Positions 26,201-41,094 of a DNA stretch of 64,000 nt are shown in pieces. Numbering within the stretch: position 1 is the first letter of the stretch; every line of letters begins with the position of its first letter. Under the pieces are notes generated by a model, which worked only from the letters and a program-made list of their open reading frames with translations, ran no database searches and was not told the DNA's origin. The stretch comes from Raillietiella orientalis. Lineage: Eukaryota. The position numbers and the translations under genes are program-made. The stretch is taken from contig JAYWIR010000037.1 of assembly GCA_036172245.1 (NCBI GenBank), positions 1,178,001 through 1,242,000 on the forward strand. The letters run 5' to 3'.

Positions 26201-29200
26201 GGTCTACGATAGGTAGTCTATTTCCTGAATAGAGGGGAAAACACACACGCACGTTCTAGGAACCAAAAGACATGTACTCATTAAATTCAAACTCCACCTA
26301 AACATGGTCAGGTTGTGTCTCAGAGGTGACGAAGCGTTCCTTCACATCCTAATTCAACTATCTACATCTATTTAAGAGATGGCAACAGGACAACAGGAGG
26401 TCTAGATGCTAGAGACAAGCATCCGGACCAAGCTAGATTTTTTCGAAATTCCCGATACATTAAGACAAGAAATTGAGCTCCAAAGCGTACAAAGTTAATT
26501 GCCGAAACTCTCTTTGCTTCATATTGAGGCGAACAGCTCAGATCGATGTGACGAGGAAATGGTACTCCTGTCGTTATCTAAAGGGATGAGAAAGCACACA
26601 CACAGAAGCCAAGTCAGAAAAAACGTCTCCAACGAAAAGTGGTCGTCGTCGAGAGCTTATCATAAGCACACCAAGCACGCATCTCGTCAAAAACATCAAG
26701 AGAATCACTAGGCACACCCAATTGCGAACCCGTCGATAGGGGGATAGCATTGCATCCAATAGATTAATGCGAAATACAGAGAGAAACAAAGTGCTTGGAT
26801 GGAAAACCGAGAATGCAAACAGAGGACCTTAGCTGAGCAGCATCGAGGAAGAAAGGAAGGCAGCTCTTTCCCTGGGAATTCCCAAAATGTGTTCACGCAG
26901 TAAGGAGTCCCGAGCTTCATAATCCGGAGGGATTAAACATTTCAAGACAAACGAAAATCATCGCAGCCAAAGTTCGAACTACCCTACTGCTTATGAGTAC
27001 GAGACACGAAATTCTTTATTTTCCACTACAGTTTTTCTAATAACAGTAAGAAGAAATGCGCCATTCCATGTAGCGTCACACTTGGAAGCAGAGCACTTGA
27101 CGGTGAAGTGTAGGGCAGCAAACACAAAATGGATGAAAAGTTCAACTTGGCTAAAATGAGGAACGAGACGAGGACCTCCCCGCATTTCTTCACTGTTCGG
27201 TTTTAGTGAAGTACGGTTCGGTTCTGTTCTGCCCATCTATATCTCCTTTTCCTTACATGAGAAATTTTTGCTGATGAAACGGAATGCCGTATTTGAAAGC
27301 TTTCCGCGCGGAAATTCACATGAATAAGAGCGAATGATATGTCATCACATACTGAAGAAATGAGGTTCGATCAGGAAATGAAGCACGATTCGGTTTTCGG
27401 ATAGCTCTTGAATACTTGCCGGGGATGGTGCCCCTGATCTGATCAATGAACTGAAACTTCTTCATGACAACTGTGTGTCAATGACTTTACATTTTCATGC
27501 ACGGTAACTCCGTACACATACATACCTAAAGTCAAAAGACCCGAATGAAAGGAGGGAGGGGGGGGGGGAGGAAAGTCATTAGGCTACTCCGAATTCCATA
27601 CTATAAAATTTAGAAAGATCTTCAAAGAATTCTTTGATACCAATGGAAGATTAACAATTGAGTCAGCTTTAAGGGTAAAAGTATTTTGACATTAAAATGG
27701 AATCAAGTTTTCCATTAAAGTCTACTGTGAACAAAAGGCCTTCAGAAAGGAGCAATAACAAGAGAGTAAAGAGACAGAGATAATCAGAAGTCAAAAATAT
27801 CTTTCACGTGAATTCCCTGTTTCTTTTGGGAGCACTTTTATCCGAATCGTACTATGCTGATCTCGATTTTTCATTCTCAATGTCTTTCTAAAAATGCTTT
27901 CCTTTTCATTCTGGAATATTTCCACAAAACTTAACTGCTTTCCACACACCTCCACGCTAGTTTATTAAAATCTTCAGCAGCGATCTTATCCACATAAATT
28001 GACAGACCTTTAGTTTGCACCTCCGAAGCACTGAAACCCGAAACCAAATGCAGTCCAGTCCCGTGCTATCCTCGTTTAGCAAAACAAATGTTCAGAAGGG
28101 CAGACGCGATTTCTGGAGGAAGGATTTCCTGCAGGATTCGTAAATCGAAATCTTTCCGTTTCTCAAAGCCACAAACGAAATCCAGACAGTAAAATGGCAA
28201 TAATGAACATCCGCATTCCGTAACTGGCAACCCTTATAGCCCACTTCAGAGGTACACATTACCCATTAACCTCATTAATGTTTGATAGATTAATCCTCGA
28301 GTTTGAACGACTGATTATTAACTTTGAGAAGTTTGTGAAATCTGCTTCGTTTTCATCCACACGAGATCTTAAAATCCATGTTGAGGCCGGCCACAGATGT
28401 TAGCATGTATCGTGAGCAGCAGCGCACGTTTCTTCATTGCTAAAACTTCACTTTGTTCAAAATTAAAGCGTATCGTCCCCATCTCTTTACCTATTCTATT
28501 CTTGCTGGCATACTTCAAACAGAAAACCTTCAAAAAAAAATCCTACTTTTTCTTGCTGAGTTTTCGGACATTAAATGAGCACTTTTCTAGCAATCTAGAG
28601 TGGTTATTGTTCCGCAACTAATGAGTCGGCCTTACAAACCAACTTCTTAGTCGATTCTGTAAAATGAAATTGAAATTTCTGTTTACAATTGCTTAAACAC
28701 ATTGTGCGTAAGCAAAGTAAAGTAACAGTGCTAACTGCTTGCTACCCAACCGTGGTTTTCAAGTATATTAATCGAATCTCACAGCAAGTTCGATCGGTAA
28801 TTCACTGCTACTTCATTGCCTCGCATGGGACACCGTTTAAACCCACGATTACCATTTTTCCAATATTTATACCAATTCCAATATAGTTTAAAAATAAGAC
28901 AACTTGGTCCATCAGAAAAACGGATAATCTCTGCTGACCAAGGAACACCATGAATTTTCTTCTGCTTTGCTTTTTTGACGATGCAGTTGCCATCGTGATT
29001 CAATTTCAGAGAATCAAAGCGCTTTGAAGATATCTATTTTCTAAAAGAACACAAGCTCAGTGCCTGTACTCCCTTCTGGATGATGATTGGAAATTTCATG
29101 AACCCAGAATTATTGAAGAGATCTACTTGATCATAAAAACACCCTTCAGGAAAAAAATTAGAGGGTACTTCCACATACAAAAACCAATACAGTCTTCAGA

Positions 29201-30536
29201 ACAAGCACAATGTATTCACTTCATTGAACATTTTATTGATTTATTAGCTGTTTTGCTAGGTTGAGTTCAATCGTGAAATGCATTGCGACCTGAGTAACGA
29301 ATTTGTTTTAGTAGATCTCACATCCAGCTTCACACAGAGCTGCATTAAGCAAACCTAAAGTATGAGCACCAGTCCAGTTTCTGAGAGATGCAGAGGTTTC
29401 CTTTCCTTTTGAATTTACGATTACATGATTCAACTTCTTACATCCATCAATAACAGATGACTATTCCTACAGGTTCCAATTCAAAACTCGGGATTGGGGA
29501 CACGCAAACACCACTGCTCTTCAGTGAAGTTAAGGTTAATGCCAGTGCCTTTGAAAGTACGTGAAAAATTTTCTAAATTTCTCGCCCATCAATCATGGGT
29601 TCATGCCAATAAAATACGATCGTTTCTTCATACTCAAGCAAAAAGCAAAAAAACCGCGCAGCCCCGATCAAAAAAATCAGCCACACTGCGGTTACTCCAA
29701 TCCCATAATGCCTGATAAAACGGTGCAATTTGTAACCTCGTAAAATGATAAATATTTAGAACACATGCTTTTGAGGAAAACTTACAGCAAAACTGTTTCC
29801 CCCGAGGAACGACGGACTTCAATTTACAAATCCACTGCTATCCCAAGGCTGAACCGACAACACACACAAAAACACAAGAATCTTCACACGCACCTCCAAA
29901 ACAAAAACAAAGTCGGAAACGAAACGCTACGCTACTCTTGACATATTCACTTTGAAATAATCAAAGGTTTGCTTGGATAATTGTACATTAGTCTTACAGT
30001 TTCCATATCAAATAAGGAATTGCGCCCTTACTTTTAGCAGTTTGAAAACGAAAGTAATTTTTTTGAGGTGCTGAGTGAGTCCTGATTCTTTTGATCGAAA
30101 TGAAATCACTGAGACTCGATGCTGGCAGAGCTCCACCTTTAGGTTTCAGCATTGGTGGTACTTACGTAGTTATCATGCTCAATACCTACACCCAATACAT
30201 ATGTATATAAATATACGTTTATCCTCCGATTAATTTCATGTTGTAACTGCTATGTAGGTCACTATTTGTAACTTGCACACCTGCATGCATAATGCAAATG
30301 GATATATTTCAAGAGCAGTCTGAACGGAGCAGTCTAAGCTGAACGAGTAACATCATTTTGGAAAATTTTATCCATTATAATTATAATAACATGGCAAGAC
30401 TCGTGACATATTTAGATGTGTGAATAGAATGGAATATGTTATGCAGCTTTGGCTACTACTCATATTTTTGTAATACATATACATGACGAAAGTTAACATG
30501 AAAAATATTATTTTTTTCAAATGAATAAGTTTATGT

Positions 30537-33500
30537 TCAGGAAGTTACTTCTGTACCAAGTTGTGATAGCTGAAATTCCAATTATTTCATGTTAGAAAGT
30601 AATGCAGAAACTGCTTACTTCTTTGAGAAACTGGCTGCCATTACTGAGACAGGTGCATCCATAGATAATTCTCTTTGGATTCTGTCCACCACGGCTCTAC
30701 AGTAGAATGAGTAAAATGTATTATCTACTGATTTGCTTACTTTAGTGTATTCCACAAGGTTTTGATACTCAATATAGTTGCCACCACCTACCATGAACAC
30801 TAATGCTTCCTGAAAGGGTGATCGTGTTTTAGGCATTGGCATCTGCTCTGCAGGTCTTAGAAATTTTGGATCAAAATACCGATATTCATCTACTTCTGGA
30901 TTTACTTTGTGTTCCATGAGAGCATCTGTGATTCGGGTTACCGGAAGATTCTGGTAGGATACAAGATACTGTGCACATCTCCCAATCTAATCTACATGTT
31001 TCTTCACAACAAGATTTTTCACTCCTTCCATTACAAAAGAAGAACCTTGGGACATCAGCTTAGAAAACATGCTGACTGTCTTGGTCTCACCACCGGAGAA
31101 CTGTGAAGGATGGCTATATGCTCTAGGAGGGGCATAACATGTGATAATATATTAGCATTCCCTACTTCCAGCGTTTCAAGTATGCCAGCGAGCTCAAATC
31201 ACAGCCTGCTGCTTTTAGTGCACTGGTAAACTGTTCCATCTCCATCTGTTAAGTGACATAAGACCAACTATCCAGTAACAGATCTTACCTCATTCATAGG
31301 AAGCCCACAAATATAAGCAATGAGAAAAAGTCTCAAGCGATCATCAGGGTTACCAGCACCTTGTGTAACCAGCAATTCCATTAAAGGCTTACTGTCAGTT
31401 ATAGCATGACTCATCACTTTCTCTTCTATCTCAAAATAAGTATCCAGTTTTCTGGATTTGATATGATCTAAGATGGCTACATCATGCATAAAACCAAAGC
31501 CAAGTTTTCCACCAATAAGACCTGCCTGTAGCTACAGTAGTGTGCAAATCAATAAGACGTTTCTTCTCAAGCAGCTCAGGTAAGGAACTCACTGCTGATG
31601 TCAGAATAGCTGTATTATCCGCCAACAAACTGATGGTCTCATCAGCTTCGCCATCCAAGCCCTAGACCCACTTAGTGCTAAGGAAGTTCAGTTCAACTAA
31701 CCATGGAAGACTTCAGTCTCTTCACTTCATCCTCTGAAGCACGATAACGATCCAGCTCTTCTTGAACAGCCTCAGCAACTGCTGGAAAAGGGCTACAGAG
31801 ATTTGCATTCCAAAACGTACAATTCTTGTTTACCTGCCTTTCTGAGCAACCCAAAACTTGTCTTTAGGGTTAAGCTCAAACATCTTGTTCTTCTTTCGCT
31901 CAATCTCTTTGAGAAAAACTCGGTTGAGGCGAAGATCAAGAACATCGTGAGCAAGAGCTTCATAAGTCCAGGGATGATGCAAAGGTGTGGTCAGATCAAT
32001 TGAACGATCCAAAATAACTAGCAAAGGGCGCTGAAAGCTGCATCAATCATAGCTTTCAATTTTATTCAAAACAATCATCTGTTCCGACCTGAAATGACCT
32101 CCCTGTATGTAGTCACCTGCAAACAGACTGTTCCTTGTATCTCGAAGATTTTCTCTCAGTTTGCGATCCAGCTTTTCAGCAACCATTTCTGCAGCATTGC
32201 CTCTTGGGCAACGAATTATAGGAATAGCACCTGATTGCAAATAATTACTTTGCAGCACAATGTTCAAAACTTACTCAAAGTAACAAGTACAGAAAAAAGA
32301 CCATCCACTATCTCATTCATTATATCATCTACATCCACATCTTTTAATTTGCAGTGGTTCATTGCTTAAGAGGTAGAATTAATTTTCTGCTTCATTTTTA
32401 CTTTACTTACCATAGTATGAAAGTGTTTCATTATTAGGTTTCAAAATAAACAAATCATCCTCTAGAGCAATGAAATTCATATACTGATCATACACCTGAT
32501 AAACATAAAAATATAAAATTTAAAATTTGAAATCAAAGCATGTGCAAGACCTTTTGAACATGTGACACACAGCTAGCCTGCAAAGCTGCTGAAGCTAAGG
32601 TTTCTAGCTTCTCTCTAGATATCGGTGAAATGAAGTTAAGATAATAGGATTCATAAAGTCCTGCATTGAAATCCTGAGCAACCTGCACAACATTTTCTTT
32701 TGTAGGTAACACAAAATACACAACAGGTACATCTGGAATGCTATCATGGTCAGCATGCAATAATCTACAAAAAAAAGAACAAGATTTCATAATGCCAAAA
32801 TGTCCTGTTATTGCCAAAGGGTAAATTTGGGCTTGCAAATTGTAACTACATTAACTAGAAACTCTCACATTCACAAAAATGTTTCTAATAGTAAAATTGT
32901 TAACAGTACATAAGAAGCATAATAATTAATAAATCAGTATTAATAAATGCAATATGTTCTTAACACCACAATTTGTTGAAGTTGCAAATTTTATCATAAT
33001 CGGCTGCTAAAATTTCTGATGCTCTCGAATATGGCACAGCATAATTGTTGATCTGCATACAAAAAAATATCTTTACACCAAAACTTATAAAAGTACATAC
33101 TACATGAAAAAATGTAGAGTAAAAATATTTACTATATATGCAAATTGAGCAAAGAGGTTGCCTTTTGAAGAACATATATGCAGCAAAAAATTAAGGTGAA
33201 AACAAATCATTAAATTTGCTCACTTAATGTGCAAATTTCAATGTTTTTTATGTAACAGTACGATCCAAACTAATAGAGAAAATTTTAAACAGCTAAACCA
33301 TCTAGTTTAAAAATACATTAAAAAATGATAGTTTCCAACAGAAGCTATGAATGAAAATATTTAGGAAAGGATTACCCTTGAATTGTTCTAAATGCATAGA
33401 AGACACTCACAAAGTGCACTTCCAATCATGTCTTTTCTAAACCTGAACAAAATTGTTGACCACAGACATATTGCACTACAAATAATAAATTACGTAGTAA

Positions 33501-36500
33501 TTTGGTTTAATCACAGGGGAAATGCAGCAACTTTAGGTTCAAAAAAGTATACAATTTTACAATCCATGAGATCGAGAAACTGTGAAAAAAAAAGGAAAAA
33601 ATACGTGATAAAGTCTTCAAAAATAGTGAAGAAATGCAACAGCAGTTAAAATTATGATGGTGAAAATGAATACAAAATAATACTGAACTTAAGAATCCAA
33701 GGAATTTGTCAAATTTTTTTTTCTTCTAAACATGGAAAAGTTGGCATCCGATATCACTTTTTGAAAATGAAAGAGAAAACGGAGGATTATCAAATCAGTG
33801 TTCATATATATTTGAAAACAAATCAAAATTCTTCTCATCTTATGTATGATGAATAACAGTGACAGAATGTTAATAAGTGATAGACCAAAAAAATTTGAAT
33901 GACAATTTGAATTCACCAGAAAAATGACTTTTAAGCATGGCATTCTTGAAAAGTCTGTAAAGATACCTATAATATCAAATTCTTCAAAGAGGAATACGAC
34001 TTACCATCGCTTTTCAAACTCAAAAAGATAATGATTCAAAACAGATACCTTCAAAATCACCCTAGATCAAAAAGCCTGAAAAAACTACTTTTCTTGTGTT
34101 TTTACACATGCAGACTACTGAGAAAATTGCAATGTATCAATTAGAAAAGAGACAAACATTAGAAATCACTTTATATTTAGCATTAAAAGCATTAAAACAA
34201 TCAATCAATTTTCGTTATAAAAATGTGTAGAAATACTAAATGCAGCAAAGCTGCATTTGCTTATGCATTTTACAATTGAATAAGGTATCTTATGCTTATG
34301 TGTAAACCCAGAAAATGTGATTGCTGCAAATAAACTATTCACAAATCAAAGAAAGGAATATGATTTGTAATTATGTTATTCCATTCAACCAAACAATAGA
34401 CCTAAACAAAAAAGGAAAACTTAAAGAACTTAGAAAGTTTCAAAACACCTTGTAAAAAAGTACAAAAGAAAAGTTGAAATGGTCAATGAAAAATGAAAAG
34501 CAGTTTGTACCATTCTCATGAGTCTTGAGCTTTTCAAGTTCTAGCATGGTTCTAACATGCCTGCTCAGCAATAGTTTTTCTGAATCTAAAGCTGTCTTGG
34601 AGATTGAACAGCAAGACAAAAAATTTGCAACAGAAAATACCAACATAAAATCACCAATGATGGCAAAGTAAAGCATAAATTTTATAGAGGTTTAGAGTAT
34701 TAATTCAAAGTTTCATGTAAGGAAACATTTTAGCCTATTTTACTTTTTTACATGCTTTGGGTACATCAGTGAAGTTCTTTGCAGAGATTTTATAGTTTTC
34801 ATAATAAGCAGCAGTACTGAAGCTTAACAGAGCTTCCACTATAATTATATAATCGACAAGTAACATTATGAGGAATCACAGCAAAGTTTAAGGATAAATT
34901 AGCCATTTGCACACAATGTCTCATTATTGCTTTTGAATTCTAAGAATATAGGTGCCAGGTTTTGATTGGGATCTTAAGCACTCTGAATCTTTGGTTATGA
35001 TACGAAAATGCTAAACACATGAAAGACTAAAAATGCCGGAAAATGCAATCAAATGAGAAATTTGTTCTCAATAGGATAGTTTTATAGAATCCAAAAAATG
35101 CTTTTGCAATCAACAATAGCAACCAAAAAACTCCATACAGTTACACTTCATCCTTATGTAAAAACAGTATAAATTCAAATAGAAAAATTCACTTAAATAT
35201 GTGTGGGTGTGCTTTTCAGCTCAAGCCACTTTGAGAGCTGCATGAAGTAAATTGCATTGTGGTTCCAAATTTGAACACATTGGATGTAAGATGATTATTC
35301 TAATGTCACAAAGTGTTTCATCTGGCTCCTCAAGAATAAAGCAAAAGTCTAATCAGCATTAAAAATTTCAATGCAAGCAACACAAGTGAAATCCAAGACT
35401 TCATATTATAAGCAACTTAAGTTCATTAACACTGACAACTACTTAAGAATATAACCACATTTTTTTAAAGTCCTCAACATTTATCATTAAGGATGGGTGT
35501 TTTAAAGAATGTGAAGTTATAGTTTCATCATTTCATTTTGTCAAAAGATTCACAGCCCTTGTACTGCGAGAAAAGTCCAATTTAATGACTTCCAGGTGCC
35601 AAAGAATTGAAGACATGGCATCAAAATTATACTGGTAAGACAACATAATATGGGCATGATGATAAGTTTAGATGATACATTTAACAGTGGACTAAATGAC
35701 AATCTGCTTGTTAAGAACCTGCACACAGGAAACAAAAATGAAGCTCAACTGACATCCTCATAAACTAGCTGATCCCCAGTAATTATCATATCCACTAAAT
35801 AAAATGTTCTGTTTCATGACCAAGAACAACAGATATTTGGCTTTACCTTTTTAAAACACTTTCAAAGACACAACACAACATTTTTTTGAAACAAAAATCG
35901 AAAGCTTTACTTGATTAATTTTTCATGCTGTTTTATCAGCAAATGTAGACTGATTTTTAAATCTTAACCAGATCACAAAGAAATGTTAACTTATAGCACA
36001 GAAACTTTACATATTTCTAGATGTCTACAATTTTTTACTCACAAATGCAATGTAACTCCGAGTTCTCTTAATTCTTTGGGGGAGATTAAAGTTGATATAA
36101 TGTCTTGTCCATAATTATCATATATAAGAATCTTCCAAATAGGTTCCTTGATGCCTGTGGTTTCAATGGGAATGTTTAAATTCAGCATCCGTCTAAGCAC
36201 ATCTTAGGACAAATAAAAATCATTTTATGATCATGTTTACTGGACCAAATTTTCTTGCTCATACAGATTTTAAGGAATTAAATAATATTCACTCAAGTTT
36301 GCATATGGAGTTTACAAATTTGAAAATTAGGAAAGCTCTTACGTAAATTATGATTGTTTAAGGAAGTTACTGTAAATTCATGATGAATATTTCCGTATTA
36401 TACATTCCTATCTTTCAATAGAAAATTTCAATTTGCACTAAAACAAAAATGCTGCAAATTGTCGAATAATGCATCACATTAAGCGAATAATAATTTTTCT

Positions 36501-36568
36501 CCAGTTAGTCATACAGAGTAGAAAACTAATCACTTACTAATCTGATTTTCTCTTATAGATATCGCCAT
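30537..36568 (-). CDS. SCFD1: Sec1 family domain-containing protein 1 (SLY1 orthologue, ER-Golgi SM protein), 15 coding exons, 622 aa
   Basis: Manually spliced exons in transcription order: 36538-36568, 36043-36202, 32551-32764, 32411-32495, 32275-32364, 32089-32230, 31834-32037, 31702-31792, 31526-31661, 31289-31476, 31166-31245, 30996-31122, 30741-30950, 30619-30696, 30537-30569. Total 1869 nt, all phases consistent, no internal stops. Hallmarks: SIRENQ..LRRMLN, EPIWKILIYD..GQDII, LRELGVTLHL, FQRPLLVILDR, SLPELLEKKRLIDLHT, VFMVGGGNYIEYQNL, QFLKELSQLG. Confidence 0.97.
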
Positions 36569-38209
36569 GCCTTTCACGTGTAAAATACATACTATGCTAC
36601 ATCATCAAATTCAAACCGGAATGCTACTCGAGCTCGAACTCATTACAGGACTAAAGCACATCTTTCCTATTCACAGTGCTAAGGTACAAATTTTTATAAA
36701 TGAAAACAAAAATTAAAAAAGAAGTCAATATTTTCTATAACATGAAATCATATTCATTCGTAAAATATAATAACACTCATGCATATGCTGGAATATTTAA
36801 TTGGGCGTACAAGTAAATAGCTAGGAGCTCATTGAGGAAATTTTGGAAATTACAAGCACACGAAAAACATAAGTTATTGGGTAACTAATCCCGGAAAGAA
36901 AACCTTAATGACTAGCAAGTGTACAACAACGGTTGACGGTGGAAGTGGAAAGTTACAGCAGGCAAGAATCAAAAACTGTCATCTAATAATTGAATCTAAA
37001 AACAAAAATGGAAGAGTAAAAACAGAAATACTAAGAGATTCCCTAATCTCCTGGTGTTCCTAAGAGCTTCGCTAATTCTGTGCAGGAAATTAGAAATTTT
37101 ATTCGATTACTGAAAATGCCTTTATGATCTCAAAACCATAGAATGTCAGAACCCTTTCGTTCGAGCTGCCCAGAAAGGGAACGAGAAATTTGAAAATTAA
37201 AAAAAAAATGCGATGGAGTTTTGAATCGGAGAAGTACGAGGGAATTGTAGCGATTTGTAAAGAAGCCTTTTTCACGATGAATTGAATTCACAAATGAGAG
37301 TGCATTTTTGCCTGTAGGGATGTTAGGGAAAGAGGAAAGAGAAAAATCACTCCAATTTGAAGGAAGAATTTCTTCAGTGTTCATTATGAACAAGAGAAAT
37401 AACAAGCCGAACGAACACACAAAGGAACCGTAAGTCTTTACTTCATATATTGTTTAAGACGATAAATAAGCCTAGTTGTTCATGAGAATACAAAAACAGT
37501 GTACGTTAATAGTTTTCAAAAACAATTTGCAAATTTTAAAAAAATGAATAGATATGCCATTTGCTAAGGCACCATTCAAAGTTCACATCGAAAACCCGTT
37601 ATGCAACCTGAGTTGTAGATATATTTTAAAAAACATCATCTGTTACTAAAGTAGGTGTCTTAATTTTCAAAGTTGATGCACACTCTTACTTCACAAAAAA
37701 AACACAATATTACAGATATATCCCATATAGCTGTGGGAGAACTCGGAATGAATTCTTGATAATCTCTCGAAAAAAGGAAACAGTCGGATCAAAACTTTCA
37801 GCAAAGTGCTTTATCTCTTGTAAAACTCGGGTTTAAGAAGGAAAGCTCTTTCCTTCTTAAAAATTCATAATTGGGTCTTAAAGCCGAGCTCGAGGAGCGC
37901 TTTTTCCCAAAAGCTAACTGAATGAGCGATCGAATAAAATGCTACAATTTGTAACATTGCATAAAAATCTCTCATTACTTCTGTCTAATGGGATATTAAA
38001 AAATAATCCTAAAAACTGCAAGATGAAAAGAGGAATTACCTATTCATCTTGAGAATTTTTTATATTTTCAGTTAAAAAGAGAATATCACAACCTGTTGAT
38101 ATGGTGGCGATTTCTAGAACAATATATATTTGCTTCCTTCTGATTTTATATTAGAAAGCACAGGGTAATGTTCTTTAGTATATTTTCCTTAAAAGGACTG
38201 AATAAATGA

Positions 38210-39370
38210 AATGAAGATCGCGCCTGGAAGCAAGGAACTCTGGGAGGAAGAAACCATCTTGGTGATCCCCTGGATGCTCCCGTTCCCTAGCGACACGAGG
38301 TGCTGGATCTAACAACTGCTCAGAGTCATTCCTACAGAGAATACAACAGTGGAAGCGGAGTGGATTCCACCATCACTCCCGGATACTGAGACACATCGAC
38401 ATGATGACGGGAAGGTTCACCCACAAGACCCGCGAAGTATGGAAGAACCACAACTACGCGTGATCCAGGGTAACCAAGAAAAATCTATGCCGCATCATAG
38501 GAGAAGAAGACAAGGACACCAGTGCCCTCCAGGAAGCTGCCCATCACCACGGGGTTGACACCGTCAACCTGCTGGCGATCGGAACCATAATCTGGAGGAG
38601 TGACCTACCGCCGGACACCCAGGAATACCTCTTGATGTTCTATCACGATGGAATCCGGAGCGGGTCCAGAATAAAGTATTTTACAGGAGAAAGACAAGAT
38701 GAGGACTGCAAAGCATGCGGGAATGTGGGCATCAGACTTCATGTCTCGACCTGCCCCACAATCCATCAAGACTGGCAAACTCTGAAAAGGGTCATAGGGT
38801 TGCAGAATCACTCGCCAGCAGAAGTCCTAGCCAAGATGTTCCAGAGAAGTGGAAACGTCCCCTGTTACAACTCAATGGATAGGATGACCATTGCTCTATT
38901 CATCACCGCCATCCTTATAAAATGGTAGAAGATGAGGAACTTCAGAACGGCCGCATCTTCCCTGGAAATCCTGCAAGGGGTTATTCAGAAAGAGATCGGC
39001 ATAAGGAACTGTGGCAGAGTGCCGTCCTGGACTTATCGGTACATCCTGAAAAGGATAGAAGATAATGCCCAGCCCACCCTATTGCAGAACATTGCTGTGA
39101 CCCCTAGTTAGTGGACCTCAAAGAGAACATAAGTGACAGTGAGAACTGGATAGAATGAACGATTTGCAGTGTGAATGAGAATAAATTTACCCCAACCCTT
39201 GTGTGGCTTTGGGAAAATCATGAATGAATGAATCCGATGAATAAATGAACAAGTGCAAGATCCTGGATAGAGTACTTATTAGGATTCACATTCATCACAT
39301 GGTAAGAAAACCATGATCGATCTAACGATTGTGAAAGTTACTGGAAAAAAAAAGAAAAAAAGAAAACAAC
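38210..39370 (+). mobile_element. 5'-truncated LINE 3' end with CCHC finger, 3' UTR and A-rich tail
   Basis: ORF 38632-38928 has CKACG...LHVSTCP...W (zf-RVT-like). GC-richer block with sharp edges in AT-rich DNA; A-rich tail about 39345-39369. Confidence 0.65.
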
Positions 39371-41094
39371 TTAAAAGGGAGCTACAGAATTCTTGTTTCA
39401 GAAATTGTAGAATTCATAAAACACATGAAATCCCTCTGCGTTGCTTTTATGTGAATCGGAAGTGACCTTTCTCTCAACTGTTCTAATCAATTTGAGAACA
39501 TCCTTGCAAATAAGTACCGGTATATACTAGTAATTCTGGATGGGTATGCTCCTCCTAACCCGTAATATTTTAACACAGCAAAGATGCATTTATGAAGAGA
39601 TCAATCGATCGATTTCAGTACCCTGAGAAATGGTTCTCCGACAGTGCAAATCTCATGCCTCGTCCCCAAAATCCAAAATTCTCGTGCTAAGTGGAACAGA
39701 GTATTATTCCGATTTCCCTTCTGTGTTTTTTTTTTTCACATTTAGCAATTCGCTTACTTTTCAAAGTTCTTGAAATTGGTGAGAGTGCAAACGAATATTG
39801 TATTCGCCGTTTTGTCGTGACAGCATCGGTATGTATGAGTCATAAAGCTAAGGGAATAATTGAAAATCTAAAGCCCCCATGCCAAGTGCATAAATGAAAC
39901 TGCAATAGAGTTTTTAGAGGTTCTTGCTTTGAGAAGAAGACGACGAAGAAGGATGGATGAAATCTAGAAGATTCGGGCATCAAAATGAGCTTTGCGGTGC
40001 ACGTAGACACAGACTCAACTGTAATAGAAAAAGTAATCTCCTGAATCACATAAATTGCTTTGCGGATATCATGTAACTCACGAAAAGCAACTGAAAGCAA
40101 TTTTATGGGTGAATTGGAGTTTATTTTGTGCCACGATGACGATGCAAAATCACTGTATGTTACAATCGCTCAAACGAATACTTGGCCTTAAAGAATTGCA
40201 TGACAATGTTAAAATCATCATATAAACTAAGGTCTTAATACTTAATCGTGGTGTAGTAGCCATCAAAATGAATACCATCTCCCATTAGTTTACAAGAAAT
40301 AAGCAGATTAATAAACAAAAATGAAAGCATTAAGGGTGGAGGTTCTTTTAATTAGATTCCTATTTGGAACTCGGAGACATTTCAGCACAAAAGTGCACTG
40401 CGGATTAATCATGCCGAGGCAATAAAAAGCGCGGGAAATAGAAGGAAATAAAGTTAGAAAGCTTGTAAGCTGAAGTTAACGAACAGAAATAAACAGGAAA
40501 GACTTTAGTGAAGATCCTTGAGAAACCCTGGAATTAGATTAAATCTACCTAGGTAGGGGTAACACATACACACACACACACATTCTTCGTCATTTAGGAA
40601 AGGTCAAGCAGTAACGTTATCCTTTCTTGCGGAAAGAATTGTAGATGACGTTATCTCAAATCCAAACAGAAGAAATTCGTTTCATTGAGCATTATGCAGA
40701 TGATCAATCACTCTCAGTCGAGCCTAAACCAGGACATAACGAGGGAATAAGTTTTTCGAATTGTAGCACTTGCTCCGCGAACACCCTGTATCCCGTCGTT
40801 TCCATCAAATGGATGGGCTTGAAATCGGATGTGGCCCAGCTTGGCAATCAACAGGTTTCAGAATTGAGTGGAATGTATGCTGTCTCACATCTTCCAATGA
40901 AAGTATCATTTGCATGTACTTCTTTAAGTGACATTCATGCGCATTAATCTGTGCTTATTTCTACCAAAAAAGGGCGTCTCGTCAAGAAACCTAAATGGAC
41001 GGAACTAAAACTGAATCACAGTACCGTCCTAGTTCTTTGTTTTTGTCTTTTTTTACTTCATTCTTTTCCTTTTTTTTCTTCTTCTACCAATCAT

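Noticed and set aside
27268..27320. CTGATGA...GAAA hammerhead-like sequence
   Set aside because: Stem II closure, stem III junction and stem I do not pair properly.
32765..36042. Nested gene or snoRNA in the 3.3-kb SCFD1 intron 2
   Set aside because: Only short AT-rich ORFs; the box C-like TGATGA near 35657 is antisense to the host transcript.
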